Positions 40,754-51,664 of a stretch of DNA of 64,000 bases are shown here, one piece after another; the first letter of the stretch is position 1; each line of letters opens with the position of its first letter. The stretch covers positions 608,001-672,000 of the forward strand of contig CAXXVL010000002.1 in assembly GCA_963667845.2 (NCBI GenBank), in the 5' to 3' direction. Below the pieces are notes generated by a model. The model ran no database searches, was not told where the DNA came from, and saw only the letters and a program-made list of their open reading frames with translations. The DNA is from Smithellaceae bacterium (GTDB lineage: Bacteria > Desulfobacterota > Syntrophia > Syntrophales > Smithellaceae). The translations under genes and the position numbers were made by a program.

Positions 40754-41735
40754 GGCAATTATCTTCCCGACCGATTCCGTTTTGCTGCCAGTAATCAATC
40801 ATATCCCTCAAGCTCTTTTCGAGAGGGATTGCGTTATGCCAGCCGACTTCTCTTTTTATTTTTTCATTGGATCCGATAATGACTTTGTTATCGCTTGGTC
40901 GCACCAGTTTTTCGTTAACCCGCGTGTGAATATGTAAATCCGATATTCTTGCCATTGTATTGATGACCTCATTAAGCGACGTTCCCCGGCCGCTGCAGAC
41001 ATTATAAATATCCCCGGATTTTCCCTTTTTCAGCAGCAGATCGTAAGCTGCGACAACGTCTCTTACATCTGTGAAGTCCCGGACAATGGATGTGTCTCCG
41101 GTGACCAGTTCACCGGGGCCGTTTCCGTTCTTTTTGATCTCTGCCAGCTGTTTGGCAAATGACGATACGACAAAGATGTCCCTCTGGTAGGGTCCAATGT
41201 GATTGAACGACCGGGTCATCACAATGTCCAGACCGTATCCGTCAACATAGACCTTGGAAATCATCTCTTGCGAAACTCTGGCAACCGCATAAGGGTTAAT
41301 TGGCCCGGGCATGTGCGTTTCAGTCAAAGGCAGCAATTTCTCCTCGACATTGCCATATTCTTCCGAAGATCCGATTGACAAGATCCGCGCCCGTAGATTC
41401 AATTTCCTCACGGATTCAAGCAGATTCAAGTAAATATTCATGTTGTTTTGAAAACTCAGAACAGGTTCTTTCCAGCTGAAGGCTACGCTGCTGTATGATG
41501 CGAGGTGGACAATATAGTCCGGCTGAAAATTGAAGATAATGTTTTCGAGGCGGTCCTGATCGAGCAGATCGACTTTTTCAAAATTCACCCGGATGCTTTT
41601 ATAGGAATCCTGCGGGAATTCCGGTTTTTGCACATCCAATCCCTTAATGGATGCATTTGCTTCATTTTTATCGAGGTATTCGAGAAAGTGACGGCTGACA
41701 AATCCGGCATATCCGGTAATCAGATATTTTTTCAA
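40740..41735 (-). CDS. rmd: GDP-4-keto-6-deoxy-D-mannose reductase-like SDR
   Basis: ITGYAGFV, SSVAFSW, GSSEEYG, RSFNHIGP, RDFTDVRDVV. Adjacent to gmd. Confidence 0.75.
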   Translation of the reverse strand: MKKYLITGYAGFVSRHFLEYLDKNEANASIKGLDVQKPEFPQDSYKSIRVNFEKVDLLDQDRLENIIFNFQPDYIVHLASYSSVAFSWKEPVLSFQNNMNIYLNLLESVRKLNLRARILSIGSSEEYGNVEEKLLPLTETHMPGPINPYAVARVSQEMISKVYVDGYGLDIVMTRSFNHIGPYQRDIFVVSSFAKQLAEIKKNGNGPGELVTGDTSIVRDFTDVRDVVAAYDLLLKKGKSGDIYNVCSGRGTSLNEVINTMARISDLHIHTRVNEKLVRPSDNKVIIGSNEKIKREVGWHNAIPLEKSLRDMIDYWQQNGIGREDNCHGHA

Positions 41736-41931
41736 GCCTTCAGCCCCCTATTTCTAAGTTTTTTGTTATTGGCGCACGCACTTCAATCCCGCTTAAGCGG
41801 GACGAACGTTGATTCCCTGTCGCTCGCTGCGAGGTTGTTTTGATTAACATAACCTAAAGGCTACATTCTGTGACTTGAGACACAAACAGCCATGGCAAAC
41901 TGTTCTGCTTTAACTGTTTTCAAAAAGATGG

Positions 41932-43014
41932 TCACTCATTATGGCCGTATACCTTATAACCTTTTTTCCTGACCAGCTCGTCACGCTCCGCCGTTTTGAG
42001 ATCCTCCCTGACCATTTCGGCAACCAACTCTTCAAAGGATATCTTCGGTACCCAACCGAGCTTTTCCCGGGCTTTGGTGGGATCACCCAAAAGGGTTTCT
42101 ACCTCTGTCGGGCGGAAATAACGGGGATCAACACGTACAATAGGCTTTTCCTGCCAGTAACCGACTTCATCGAGCCCCCCGCCTTCCCAGCGGATGGTCA
42201 TTCCCAGTTCACCGGCCCCCGCATTAATGAAGTCGCGAACGCTGTACTGCACTCCCGTAGCAATAACGAAGTCATCGGGTGCTTCCTGCTGCAGCATGAG
42301 CCACTGCATTTCCACATAATCGCGGGCATGCCCCCAGTCCCGTTTGGCATCAAGATTGCCCAGGTAGAGGGCGTCCTGCAGGCCAAGCTTAATGCGGGCA
42401 AGGGCGCGTGTGATTTTGCGCGTGACAAAGGTCTCTCCGCGAACCGGGGATTCGTGATTAAAGAGGATGCCGTTGCATGCGTAAATCCCGTAAGCCTCTC
42501 GATAGTTCACCGTAATCCAGTAGGCATATAGTTTCGCTACGGCATAGGGACTCCTGGGGTAAAAGGGCGTCGTTTCCTTTTGCGGAATCTCCTGCACCTT
42601 GCCGAAAAGTTCGGAAGTGGACGCCTGATAGAACCGGGCGGTCTTCTCCATGCCTAAAATGCGCAACCCTTCGAGAATACGCAATGTGCCCACCGCATCA
42701 GAGTTGGCCGTGTATTCCGGTTCTTCAAAAGACACCGCCACATGGGATTGCGCGGCGAGATTGTATATCTCCATCGGTTTTACCTGCTGAATGATCCGAA
42801 TCAGGTTCGATGAATCCGTAAGATCCCCGTGATGGAGGATGAAGCGGCGATCCCCCATATGGGGATCCTGATAGAGGTGGTCGATCCGGTCCGTATTGAA
42901 AAGGGACGAACGGCGTTTGATCCCATGGACCTCATAGCCTTTTTCGAGAAGAAATTCTGCCAGGTAAGATCCATCCTGGCCTGTGATGCCGGTAATTAGT
43001 GCGACTTTGTTCAC
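41932..43014 (-). CDS. gmd: GDP-mannose 4,6-dehydratase
   Basis: [48 protein letters not shown]. Confidence 0.97.
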   Translation of the reverse strand: MNKVALITGITGQDGSYLAEFLLEKGYEVHGIKRRSSLFNTDRIDHLYQDPHMGDRRFILHHGDLTDSSNLIRIIQQVKPMEIYNLAAQSHVAVSFEEPEYTANSDAVGTLRILEGLRILGMEKTARFYQASTSELFGKVQEIPQKETTPFYPRSPYAVAKLYAYWITVNYREAYGIYACNGILFNHESPVRGETFVTRKITRALARIKLGLQDALYLGNLDAKRDWGHARDYVEMQWLMLQQEAPDDFVIATGVQYSVRDFINAGAGELGMTIRWEGGGLDEVGYWQEKPIVRVDPRYFRPTEVETLLGDPTKAREKLGWVPKISFEELVAEMVREDLKTAERDELVRKKGYKVYGHNE

Positions 43015-43058
43015 GTTATACTCCTTTAGAATAGTTCTATGTTCTATGTTGAATTTAT

Positions 43059-43110
43059 AGCACCGCTCTCTGGATTACAAGTGCACTTCTTCAGAAAAAA
43101 TTTGCCTCAT
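43059..43110 (-). promoter_or_regulatory. JUMPStart/ops-like leader motif, copy 3
   Basis: Minus strand AAGTGCACTTGTAATCCAGAGAGCGGTGCT upstream of gmd. About 50 bp resemble 56162-56215. A small array gttctat gttctat gttgaat lies at 43034-43054. Confidence 0.6.
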
Positions 43111-43113
43111 TTA

Positions 43114-44016
43114 TCATGGCAGATCTTCCGAGCCTGGTTGAAACAGTCGTGGTTGAAAATTCAAGTCACGCCCCGCATCGGCATGATCAAAAACCAGATC
43201 CGTGTTCATCCGCTCGGCCATTTGCGATGTCAGATGACGATAGCGGGGAAACAAGCGAAGCATCGCAGCCGCCAGACCAAAGAACCAAAGCGGCACATGA
43301 ATCAGCCTTGGTCGACGGCCAAGGGTTGTAAACAAGCGATTGATCATCTCCCGGTAACGGAGTGTCTCGCCGCCTGAAAGATTATACGCCCGATTCACAA
43401 CGTCTGTTTTTTCCAGCGCGGACAGGCAGGCCATCGCGACATCTTCGGCATGAACAGGCTGTCGAAGGCCATCGCCTTTCCCCAGCAGTGGGAAGAAACC
43501 AAGGCGGCGGATCATACGTACAATTTCTGAAATATTTTTATCAATTCCCCGCCCGTAAATCAAAGTCGGCCTCAGGACAACCCATTCAACACCAGTGTCT
43601 GCCGACCATTGCTCAAGACGGGTTTCCGCACCGGACAATTTCAGAGCCGTTGATTTTTCTTCAGCGGAACCTGAATGGCTCTTGGTAAAAATGCTGGTTG
43701 AGGACACCGCGACAATCCGCCTCGCGCCTTGCTTTTCCAGTATCGGAAAGTAATCCGGCAATACACAGATGGATGCAACACAAATCCAGAAACCAATTTG
43801 ATCACTATCGCCCGCGGGACCATGGAGATCATCGGGAGATTTTGGAATCTGGACCCACTGGATGTCCGGATCAGTACCGTTTACCTTATGTCGGGAAAAC
43901 GCCCTGACCGACCAACCGTTTTTTTTCAGCAGCGGCAAGAGACACAGACCAACAAGACTTGTGGCTCCAATTACGCCAACCTGTTTTTTACTCATCCCTA
44001 TACTAATCATCCACAC
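43114..44016 (-). CDS. NAD-dependent epimerase/dehydratase-like (atypical SDR)
   Basis: GATSLVG, LRPTLIYG, QPVHAEDVA, YNLSGGE. Confidence 0.8.
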   Translation of the reverse strand: MWMISIGMSKKQVGVIGATSLVGLCLLPLLKKNGWSVRAFSRHKVNGTDPDIQWVQIPKSPDDLHGPAGDSDQIGFWICVASICVLPDYFPILEKQGARRIVAVSSTSIFTKSHSGSAEEKSTALKLSGAETRLEQWSADTGVEWVVLRPTLIYGRGIDKNISEIVRMIRRLGFFPLLGKGDGLRQPVHAEDVAMACLSALEKTDVVNRAYNLSGGETLRYREMINRLFTTLGRRPRLIHVPLWFFGLAAAMLRLFPRYRHLTSQMAERMNTDLVFDHADAGRDLNFQPRLFQPGSEDLP

Positions 44017-44892
44017 TTATTTGCGAATAAATTGCGAGGCTGCCAACACTCCAAAACGCATCCACACTCCCAGCGCCACAATCCACATCAACATCCCCGG
44101 GTATTGATGCCGGAAGAACTTCTGGTAGAACCGAATCATACCCTTGTGTTTGTGCCATTCCACCAATAAGGGATGCCCTTTACTGCACACCCCTTTATAG
44201 TGAACAACACAGGCACCGGGCACAAACATTATTTTCCACTTTCCGCGGCGAAAGCGTATGCACCAATCCAGATCTTCACAGTGTACAAAATAACCTTCAT
44301 CCAGCAGACCAATATCCTTTATAGCCTCTCGTCGCACCAGCATAAAAGAGCCTGAAATAGCTTCAACTTCCATGGGACTATCCGGCAGAGGTTGCCGATG
44401 GAGCGAAAAATCAGAAAAGAAACGCGGGTATATTTCACCAAGTTTTGACAAACCGAAAGCGCGGACAAATGCGCGCCATGGCGTCGGTACGGCTCTTCTT
44501 CCCCCTGGCTGTTCCGTTCCATCCGGATTCAGCAGCAGCGGTCCGGCCATTCCCGTTTCCGGCGATGACGTCATAAACGCCAACAGCGTCTCCAAAGCTT
44601 TTTCTTCCATCAGACAATCCGGATTCAGAAAAAGCAGATATTCGCTTTCATCGGCAGCAGCCACCCCGATATTACAGGCTTTCGCAAAACCGAGATTCTC
44701 TTTATTACGAATGCATGTCAGGCGTGATTGCGAAACAGCTATCCGCTCCGCCTCATCCATGCTTTGATCTGTCGAATGATTATCGACAACGATTACTTTA
44801 TGCACTGCCTCTGAACACAAAACAGAGTTGACGACCTGTTTCAAAAAAGGACCAGCGTCGTAATTGACAATGATAGCGCAAGCGCTCGGCAT
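44017..44892 (-). CDS. GT2 glycosyltransferase (WbbL-like)
   Basis: IIVNY, VDNHSTD, NLGFAKACN, LNPD, SGSFML, EDLDWC. Confidence 0.9.
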   Translation of the reverse strand: MPSACAIIVNYDAGPFLKQVVNSVLCSEAVHKVIVVDNHSTDQSMDEAERIAVSQSRLTCIRNKENLGFAKACNIGVAAADESEYLLFLNPDCLMEEKALETLLAFMTSSPETGMAGPLLLNPDGTEQPGGRRAVPTPWRAFVRAFGLSKLGEIYPRFFSDFSLHRQPLPDSPMEVEAISGSFMLVRREAIKDIGLLDEGYFVHCEDLDWCIRFRRGKWKIMFVPGACVVHYKGVCSKGHPLLVEWHKHKGMIRFYQKFFRHQYPGMLMWIVALGVWMRFGVLAASQFIRK

Positions 44893-44986
44893 TTTAGAAC
44901 CATCTCTTCCGAAGTTGCTTTAATCCAGGTAAGAACCGCTTATCCAATATAAAATGAACAGGCAATGACATGCATCACCAATCTTA

Positions 44987-45904
44987 CTATTTTCTGTGCG
45001 TTCCAAGTTCACCCAATTGCCCTTTTATCCCGTGCCAAATTCCTTTTGTCATCATTTTCAAGTAGTCCAGCCGCGGCGAAATAAAACCGCAATAGACGAT
45101 AAAGCGAATAAGCATGGTGCGAATGAATAAGAATTTCCATCCTGAGGAAACATAGCTTTTTCTAAGCAGCCATACTGCATTACGAAAAATATAGTAATGG
45201 CGCAGCGGGCCGTGATGCAGAAACTTCTTCCCCAGAATAATTCCGGGATTCTCTCCCATTGAATGGTACAGCACAGCGCCGCACACCCCGAATAATCGAT
45301 AGCCGTAAGACCTGACCCGAAAACACCATTCGAAATCGACTTGATCAATAAATAATTCATCTAAAGGACCGCCAACTTCACTCAGGACAGACAAGGGAAT
45401 CAACGATCCTGATGATATAAGCACATCTGATTCGATAAGGTGATCCTCCGGCCGGCAAAAGTGTTTGACAACTTTTAAGCCCGAAACACTAATAAATGAA
45501 GGACGATCCATATTCCGTTCATCCTGGTAACGAGGTCCGACAGCTGCCACTTTGATGCCCTTGCCCTCTATTTTCAAGAGATTAGACATCAACCGAAAGA
45601 CCATATCAGGTGCGGGCATACTGTCCTGATCAAATAAAACAACATGAGTCTTACCCATCCGCCTCGCCCACTCCATTCCTGTATTATGGGCCGCTGCGAC
45701 ACCGAGGTTGCTGCCGAGGCAAATCAGGTATTCATTATCTTTCCTTCGCGATTCTATGAACTTTTGTAAATACTCACCTGAACCATTGTCCACGAGTACA
45801 ATTGAGTCAATTTGTTCACCCAATGCATTCAACAGCTTTTGCAGGACAACGACTTTCGGATGATAGGTTACTACAATCGCTGAAACATTGTCGACCTTAT
45901 TCAT
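44987..45904 (-). CDS. GT2 rhamnosyltransferase (RfbF-like)
   Basis: VVTYHP, NLGVAAAHN, FDQDS, LISSGSLI, LFIDQVDFEWC, YYIFRN. Confidence 0.88.
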   Translation of the reverse strand: MNKVDNVSAIVVTYHPKVVVLQKLLNALGEQIDSIVLVDNGSGEYLQKFIESRRKDNEYLICLGSNLGVAAAHNTGMEWARRMGKTHVVLFDQDSMPAPDMVFRLMSNLLKIEGKGIKVAAVGPRYQDERNMDRPSFISVSGLKVVKHFCRPEDHLIESDVLISSGSLIPLSVLSEVGGPLDELFIDQVDFEWCFRVRSYGYRLFGVCGAVLYHSMGENPGIILGKKFLHHGPLRHYYIFRNAVWLLRKSYVSSGWKFLFIRTMLIRFIVYCGFISPRLDYLKMMTKGIWHGIKGQLGELGTHRK

Positions 45905-45965
45905 AGGTATTCTTATCTATAATGAAACCAATCTGATATATTTTTACCTGCTGCGCCATACACCC

Positions 45966-46823
45966 TCAGACAACGGCAGAACCAGCAGGCCTAAGCACGA
46001 AGAGATGGGAATGAGCCGAGAAGTCCAGTATCCCGCAGCGTGGAACATGCCTCGGCACCTGCGTTGCCGTGAATCCGGCCTTTGAAAATTGGGCCAGAAG
46101 GTCACTCTCGGCAAAGCACCGCATCTCCAACACGAGTCCATCACCGCCGTGAAAAACGAGATCACGGAACTCCTGCCTTCTTCCATCCCGGGTCATGTTG
46201 ATGAGAATCGGGCCTTTCTCATCATTTTCGATGCGGAAGTCATACAATTCCGGATAGCGCTCTTCAGTTGCTGAAATCGGCAGATAGGGAACTGAAAAAA
46301 TCGCAAAGCCATCAGGCTTAAGCAAGGCTCGCAGGCCGGTGAAGGCCTGCTCAACCGGGGGCAAGACATGCTCGAAGACATCGCTGGCAATCACGAAATC
46401 AAAGCGGCCAACCCAGTCATCGGGCACTGCCGTGATGTCCAGATGGGGATCTTGATGATAAAAAGTATTGCGGTAGTTGAAGGTCGACGCTAACCATAAC
46501 GCGTATCCGGACCAACCGGAAAGGTCGCAACCGAAAATGTCCAACTGCCTGGGAAAGCTTAGCAGGGATATATCTTTTCCGAACAGCTCATAAGACAACG
46601 CGTGCACGATCTGCCGAACACGGGAGGTAGACCCGCAATGGGAACAGGATGGAAAATCGCGATAGACCGCCCGGCGCAGCAATGTTGTGGTGATACGACC
46701 GCAGATATTGCAGCGGAATAAAAACGGCCATGGTGCGAATGTGATAGTACGTGCACGCAAGCGGCTGGCAACGGTCGGTTGATGCATGGCCAGCACTTTT
46801 CTATAAATGGACTCATCTATCAT
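45966..46823 (-). CDS. SAM-dependent methyltransferase with N-terminal Cys motifs
   Basis: CNICG...CSHCGS, FDFVIASDVFEHV, LKPDG. Confidence 0.75.
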   Translation of the reverse strand: MIDESIYRKVLAMHQPTVASRLRARTITFAPWPFLFRCNICGRITTTLLRRAVYRDFPSCSHCGSTSRVRQIVHALSYELFGKDISLLSFPRQLDIFGCDLSGWSGYALWLASTFNYRNTFYHQDPHLDITAVPDDWVGRFDFVIASDVFEHVLPPVEQAFTGLRALLKPDGFAIFSVPYLPISATEERYPELYDFRIENDEKGPILINMTRDGRRQEFRDLVFHGGDGLVLEMRCFAESDLLAQFSKAGFTATQVPRHVPRCGILDFSAHSHLFVLRPAGSAVV

Positions 46824-47067
46824 TGTCTCTTATCCACCATCGTCTGCGTCAGCGTCTCCTTTTCTGCAAGCCATCCCCTGCTGACTAAAAACAGCAAAGG
46901 GATTCCTTGATACATCCGCTTATTCCAATCAGTCCCTCAAATTTGTATATTTCATGGTGCTGCGAAGCGGCGTCTCCCTGTCCGAAATGTTCCTTGCCAT
47001 CTTCAGATTCAATGAGTTGAACCGATCCGCAATGGAATCCGCCTCATTAACGACCGCTATCTGCCGA

Positions 47068-47943
47068 TTATTTTTTTTTCGCAAAGTCATAGATCGAAAG
47101 ATCACAAGACACATCAGCCAGGGCTTTCATTTCCTCCTCAATTTCCATGAGCATCGTAAGCCTGTCGCGGCTTACGACTTGCGCCGAAGATTTGGACAGG
47201 CTTATGAAAAATTCAAAGCCTGCCGTCTCAAAGCTGCCGATTTCCGACAAATGATGATAATTTAATTCCCGAAGATCCTGCACAAGCAGTGCAAATGATT
47301 TTGGCGTAAATATCCAGCGGTGACAATCTGAATACGACGTTTTTTTAACGACTTCCTCCATTTCATTTCTCATCAAACCCAAATCAGCATGATGAAGATT
47401 TAGCGGTTCGGTGTGTGCTGAATCCCATCCAAGAATATTATCACCCCTGACTACTCCATAACAGAGATGATCAAGCAGGGTACCCGGGGAATGAATTTTT
47501 TCCTTCTTTAAATATGCATCCAAAACCATCCCTACCGTGGATAAGGGTCTAAATCTGTCAAAACAAAAACGCTTATCGGGTATGACCAGAGAAAGCACTC
47601 CGTTAGGCTTTAAAAGGGTCTCACAATCCCGAATAAACCCTATGAGGTCCGTTGTATGTTCTATAAAATGCGAGGCAATGATATAATCAAACGCATTTTT
47701 TTCACCAATAAGTTCGGTTAATGATTCACCTGACCAGATGTAATCCACTTCTTCTATTCTAGCCAGCAAGTCAGCGGACAAATGCGTGCGATACTTTTGG
47801 ACAAGACCTTCATGATTCAAATGATCAACAGTCTTTATTTTTGCACCTGACGATTTGGGCAAAATCGGATTGTAGGAAGGTCCAATCTCCAGTCCAGCAC
47901 CCTTTATATTGATGTAGGACAAGGCTTTTTCTCTGCGATTCAT
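47068..47943 (-). CDS. SAM-dependent methyltransferase
   Basis: GLEIGPS, FDYIIASHFIEH, LKPNG.LSLVIPDKRFCFD. Confidence 0.8.
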   Translation of the reverse strand: MNRREKALSYINIKGAGLEIGPSYNPILPKSSGAKIKTVDHLNHEGLVQKYRTHLSADLLARIEEVDYIWSGESLTELIGEKNAFDYIIASHFIEHTTDLIGFIRDCETLLKPNGVLSLVIPDKRFCFDRFRPLSTVGMVLDAYLKKEKIHSPGTLLDHLCYGVVRGDNILGWDSAHTEPLNLHHADLGLMRNEMEEVVKKTSYSDCHRWIFTPKSFALLVQDLRELNYHHLSEIGSFETAGFEFFISLSKSSAQVVSRDRLTMLMEIEEEMKALADVSCDLSIYDFAKKK

Positions 47944-48099
47944 GAGTATAGTCTCTCGAAACACGATGCATTGGCCAACTTGTTATATCTCACCGCTAAT
48001 GCCGATGCGAACCGGCTGTATCGACAGAGGAAGAACCTGTGCCGATCATGATCAAGCGCTTTTGTCGCTTTACATAAAGTCTTTGTCACTCTACGCGGA

Positions 48100-50094
48100 T
48101 CAACGTTCTCTAAAAAAATTCAGAACCTTTATGGGCAGAATCACCATAGGCATCGTGTACTTCAACGGCAGCAGGAATATGAAGCCGAACAGGAGCCGAT
48201 GGATTTTGGGCAGATACGGCAGAATCTCCCGCGCACCATTGATACCGCTCCTATATAATTCGTTGCCGGCTTCGTATTGTTCCAGGGCTCTGAAGATAAA
48301 TTCCCGAAAAAAACGCAAGGAGATTCTCCTTTCCCTGATTCGGTTGGCACCGTTGTCCGTATAGTTGCTAAGGAGTTTTCTCCAGTAGTATGAGCGGCTC
48401 CTCACCATCCGGCTTGAAAAGCTGTAGTTGGCGCCATGGAATCTCCAGCGCAGAGTCGACACGGGCAGGTAGAAGATTCTGCTACTTTCAAACAACCTCA
48501 GGAACAGGTCGTCGTCCTCATATCCGGACAGATTTTCATCGAACCCCCCAACCTTTGCGAAGACCTCTTTCTTGAGCGTCATCAATCCGGGCATGACAAA
48601 AACGTCTCTAAACAAGATATCTTCGATGTCCTTTTTCGGATGCGGCCACCCGGCAAAGAGATTTTGATGGATTTGGCGATGAATGACGTTTCCCTCGCTG
48701 TCGATGGTATCAGCATCCGTGTACAGCACGTCGATGGATTTATCTGCCAGCCATGGGACAATTTTTTCCAATTTGTCGGTATACCATTCATCATCTTGAT
48801 CAATGAATGCGATGTATTCGCCGCTGCAGCATTTCGCGCCAGAATTCCTGGCGCTCGATTGCCCACCATTTTTTCTGTTGAGATAACGCGCGCGGAGATC
48901 AGACCGCGTTGATAAGAAATCATTGCAGACCTGACGAGTGTCATCGGTCGAGCCATCGTCAACGATAATCAACTCTATGTTCTTGTAAGACTGATTGGCG
49001 ACGCTTTCCAATGCGCAGAGGAAGTGTTTTTTCCCGCTTCGACATGCATTATAGGCGGGCATCACCACTGAAATGAGTGGGTTGTCGACGTTTACGCCAG
49101 GCATTGATAGCTCTTCTCCCGCGAACCCTTGCGATATTTCCGGCTCCCCATCGGGCCAATACATTATACCCAAAAGACAAGCTATTCTCCTTCGCAAACC
49201 CATGTGACGGAATCTTTTTAACGGTTGTCCAATAATACGCAGCGGCCATGTCATGCGCCAACTCATGGATTTATGAAGTGCGTTGATCTGAGCATCGCGG
49301 TCAGCCAAGGCTTTATGGAGGCTGCCAATCTGCGCGTCATGTTCTGTTAAGATTCGCGTGAGCCTGGCCGCCTCTTCTTTCAATTCATTTGACTTAAACC
49401 GTTCCCATTGCCTTGAGCCAAGGGCAACAAAATAGCGGATCAGTTTTTGTTTTTCATCCGCAGTGGTTTGAAGCCATTCCAGTTCCTTATCATCTGGAGC
49501 ATTGTTGAGCTGCAACACGCCAAGCCCGAAAGAATTTAAAAACTCTATATTTTTCGGATAACGTGCCTGCAATTCTTTCCAGAATTTCCCAACACCAAAG
49601 TTGCGCTCATGAACATTGGTGTCGTGAAAGATGACAACGGCACCCGGCGCTAATTTTGGCAGCCAGGTATCAAAATCATGTCTCACCTCTTCATAGGTGT
49701 GCATCCCGTCAATATGCAGCAGGTTAATGGATTCATCCGCAAAACAAGCAACAGCATCATCAAACGCCATCCGCAATAACCGGGAAAACCCTGCATAATA
49801 TTCCTCGTTATGCTTGTTTACCCGGGTGAAAATGTCTTCACCGTAACGGCCCGCATGTTCATCGCCCAGCCATGTATCCACTGCATGGCATTTGGTCAAA
49901 AGACCAGCCTCAACAACCGCCTGGCAGAAAGTAAAATACGAATTCCCGCTATGTGTGCCCAGTTCCACAAATATTTTGGGTGCGATTTCTCGAATGACCC
50001 ATGCGGCAAACGGGAGGTGCCCTACCCAAGTGCCGGGGGACTGGAGAGATCTTGGGACAAATGATGCTGCCGCAATCAAATTGTTTTGATCCAT
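48100..50094 (-). CDS. Methyltransferase-coiled coil-GT2 fusion
   Basis: VELGTHSG, LHIDGMHTYE, FHDT; a coil ending SMSWRMTWPLR; then SVVMPAYN, VDDGSTD, FIDQDD. Confidence 0.85.
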   Translation of the reverse strand: MDQNNLIAAASFVPRSLQSPGTWVGHLPFAAWVIREIAPKIFVELGTHSGNSYFTFCQAVVEAGLLTKCHAVDTWLGDEHAGRYGEDIFTRVNKHNEEYYAGFSRLLRMAFDDAVACFADESINLLHIDGMHTYEEVRHDFDTWLPKLAPGAVVIFHDTNVHERNFGVGKFWKELQARYPKNIEFLNSFGLGVLQLNNAPDDKELEWLQTTADEKQKLIRYFVALGSRQWERFKSNELKEEAARLTRILTEHDAQIGSLHKALADRDAQINALHKSMSWRMTWPLRIIGQPLKRFRHMGLRRRIACLLGIMYWPDGEPEISQGFAGEELSMPGVNVDNPLISVVMPAYNACRSGKKHFLCALESVANQSYKNIELIIVDDGSTDDTRQVCNDFLSTRSDLRARYLNRKNGGQSSARNSGAKCCSGEYIAFIDQDDEWYTDKLEKIVPWLADKSIDVLYTDADTIDSEGNVIHRQIHQNLFAGWPHPKKDIEDILFRDVFVMPGLMTLKKEVFAKVGGFDENLSGYEDDDLFLRLFESSRIFYLPVSTLRWRFHGANYSFSSRMVRSRSYYWRKLLSNYTDNGANRIRERRISLRFFREFIFRALEQYEAGNELYRSGINGAREILPYLPKIHRLLFGFIFLLPLKYTMPMVILPIKVLNFFRER

Positions 50095-50154
50095 GCCGTT
50101 ATTTCAAACGTCCGAGGAACAAATTTAGTAAAATACGCGCCGTATCAATAAAAT

Positions 50155-50763
50155 TCATTTCATGCCTGTACGAATCGTCCAATGCCTGAACCATCGCTTA
50201 AGACTGCTCTTCTTATTGCACCAAACTCCTTTATCCGGTTTGCGGCAAACCAGCATTGAATCGTGCCATAAATCGCTTCCATCGGCATAGCCAAAGTCTT
50301 GCCACTGCGTCACCGCTTCAAGCACTTCCATTTGAGCGTAATGCGCAAGCGAAATCAGTCCGTCGGGATAATAACGCCAACAGTCCAATGGATAACGATG
50401 CTCCGGTCCACTCGAAGGGGCCAGAATGCAACACATACCGCCCGGTTTGAGCACGCGTGCCACCTCCAGGATCGTTATCCAGAAATATTCAATATGCTCC
50501 AATGCCTGTCCTGAAATTACAACATCGGCAGATTCACCGGAAATCTTACTCCAAACATATGGCGTGTGCAGTACAATATCAACGTTATTACCGGCAACCA
50601 TGTCCAATCCGGTGTATTCCCAAGGCCATTTCGAAAATAACGGGCGGTAACTCCCGTTCACATCCTGAGAGCCCAAATCCAATATTCGAAGCGGTTGGCT
50701 TTGTTTTGCAGTTAGATATCGATCACGAAATGCGGTCATTTTATCAATCGAACTTTGGTGCAT
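50155..50763 (-). CDS. Class I SAM methyltransferase
   Basis: ILDLGSQD, DVVISGQALEH, RVLKPGG, HRYPLDCWRY. Confidence 0.85.
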   Translation of the reverse strand: MHQSSIDKMTAFRDRYLTAKQSQPLRILDLGSQDVNGSYRPLFSKWPWEYTGLDMVAGNNVDIVLHTPYVWSKISGESADVVISGQALEHIEYFWITILEVARVLKPGGMCCILAPSSGPEHRYPLDCWRYYPDGLISLAHYAQMEVLEAVTQWQDFGYADGSDLWHDSMLVCRKPDKGVWCNKKSSLKRWFRHWTIRTGMK

Positions 50764-50764
50764 G

Positions 50765-51394
50765 TTATTTTTCTCTTTTCAGGTAACCTTTGGGGTTCCA
50801 TGTTATAAGAAAAGCCTCTTTTGCTCTGTCGATGATGAAATTTCCATTGTTTTCCACGAAGTCCGAAATAGCTTCATAGGGCCCAGGGCTTGGACCTATA
50901 TTTAGGCCGTGATGACAGATGCCATCTTCGACGATCAGATAATTCCCTATCGTTACAAGTTGTGAATATTTCTTCAAGACGTTGAGTGTATTTTGATATT
51001 CATGAGAGCTGTCTTCGATCACCATGACGGATGCATGGCCGCTGCACATTGCGGCTACTTCATCAAAAACTTCACAGGCGTCGCCGGTAACAAACGATAT
51101 CCGTGGATGATTCTTGACGGTTTGATTAAGTCGAGAATGATCAATATCTACAGCAATAATACGACCCTTGTTCAGATGGTCACATAAATGCGCCAGGGAG
51201 AGGGCGCTGCCTCCGCAGTAGCTGCCAATTTCTACAATCACATCCGGTTTCGAAGCAAAGATTATTTCTTGATATATCCAAAAATCCAGGGGACTGCGCT
51301 GACACGGGATTCCAAAGTAGGTCGAGTCCGTTAAAATCCTTCTTTGAATTATGTCAATAACTTCACAAAGAGGCTTGGAAAGGGCTTCCTCCAT
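50765..51394 (-). CDS. CmcI-family (rhamnosyl O-methyltransferase-like) protein
   Basis: YQEII..SKPDVIVEIGSYCGGSA, IEDSSH, YLIVEDG, PGPYEA, NPKGYL. Start moved to 51394. Confidence 0.85.
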   Translation of the reverse strand: MEEALSKPLCEVIDIIQRRILTDSTYFGIPCQRSPLDFWIYQEIIFASKPDVIVEIGSYCGGSALSLAHLCDHLNKGRIIAVDIDHSRLNQTVKNHPRISFVTGDACEVFDEVAAMCSGHASVMVIEDSSHEYQNTLNVLKKYSQLVTIGNYLIVEDGICHHGLNIGPSPGPYEAISDFVENNGNFIIDRAKEAFLITWNPKGYLKREK

Positions 51395-51636
51395 GCAGAC
51401 CCTGCCGTTGCCGTTAGCTAAATTGGTTCTATCGCGTCCTCCCAATTGGTATGTTCCCTTCTTCATAGGCGCGGCAAATCCCCGTCTCATAAACACCACT
51501 CGTTTGCCGTTTTGGCGTAACTCCATATGTTCATCAAAGCGCCGCGCTCAGAGCCGGACGGTTAGGTTGCAGATTGCTGCAACTGGTGTAGTGCGTCCAG
51601 CGTTTTTGCATGATCATAAATATCGTAAGTCCGCAG

Positions 51637-51664
51637 AGAACAAGGGGTTGCAACCCCTTGTTCT
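51637..51664. repeat. Perfect 28-bp palindrome (REP-like)
   Basis: AGAACAAGGGGTTG CAACCCCTTGTTCT. Confidence 0.85.

Noticed and set aside
41787..41802. Palindrome TCCCGCTTAAGCGGGA as an attC site
   Set aside because: It is a short isolated hairpin with no R/L box structure and no integrase.
51395..51526. N-terminal extension of the CmcI ORF (likewise 7805-7879, 12521-12664, 21809-21859)
   Set aside because: Downstream starts fit the RBS and family domain boundaries better; the extensions overlap repeats, promoters or neighbouring genes.
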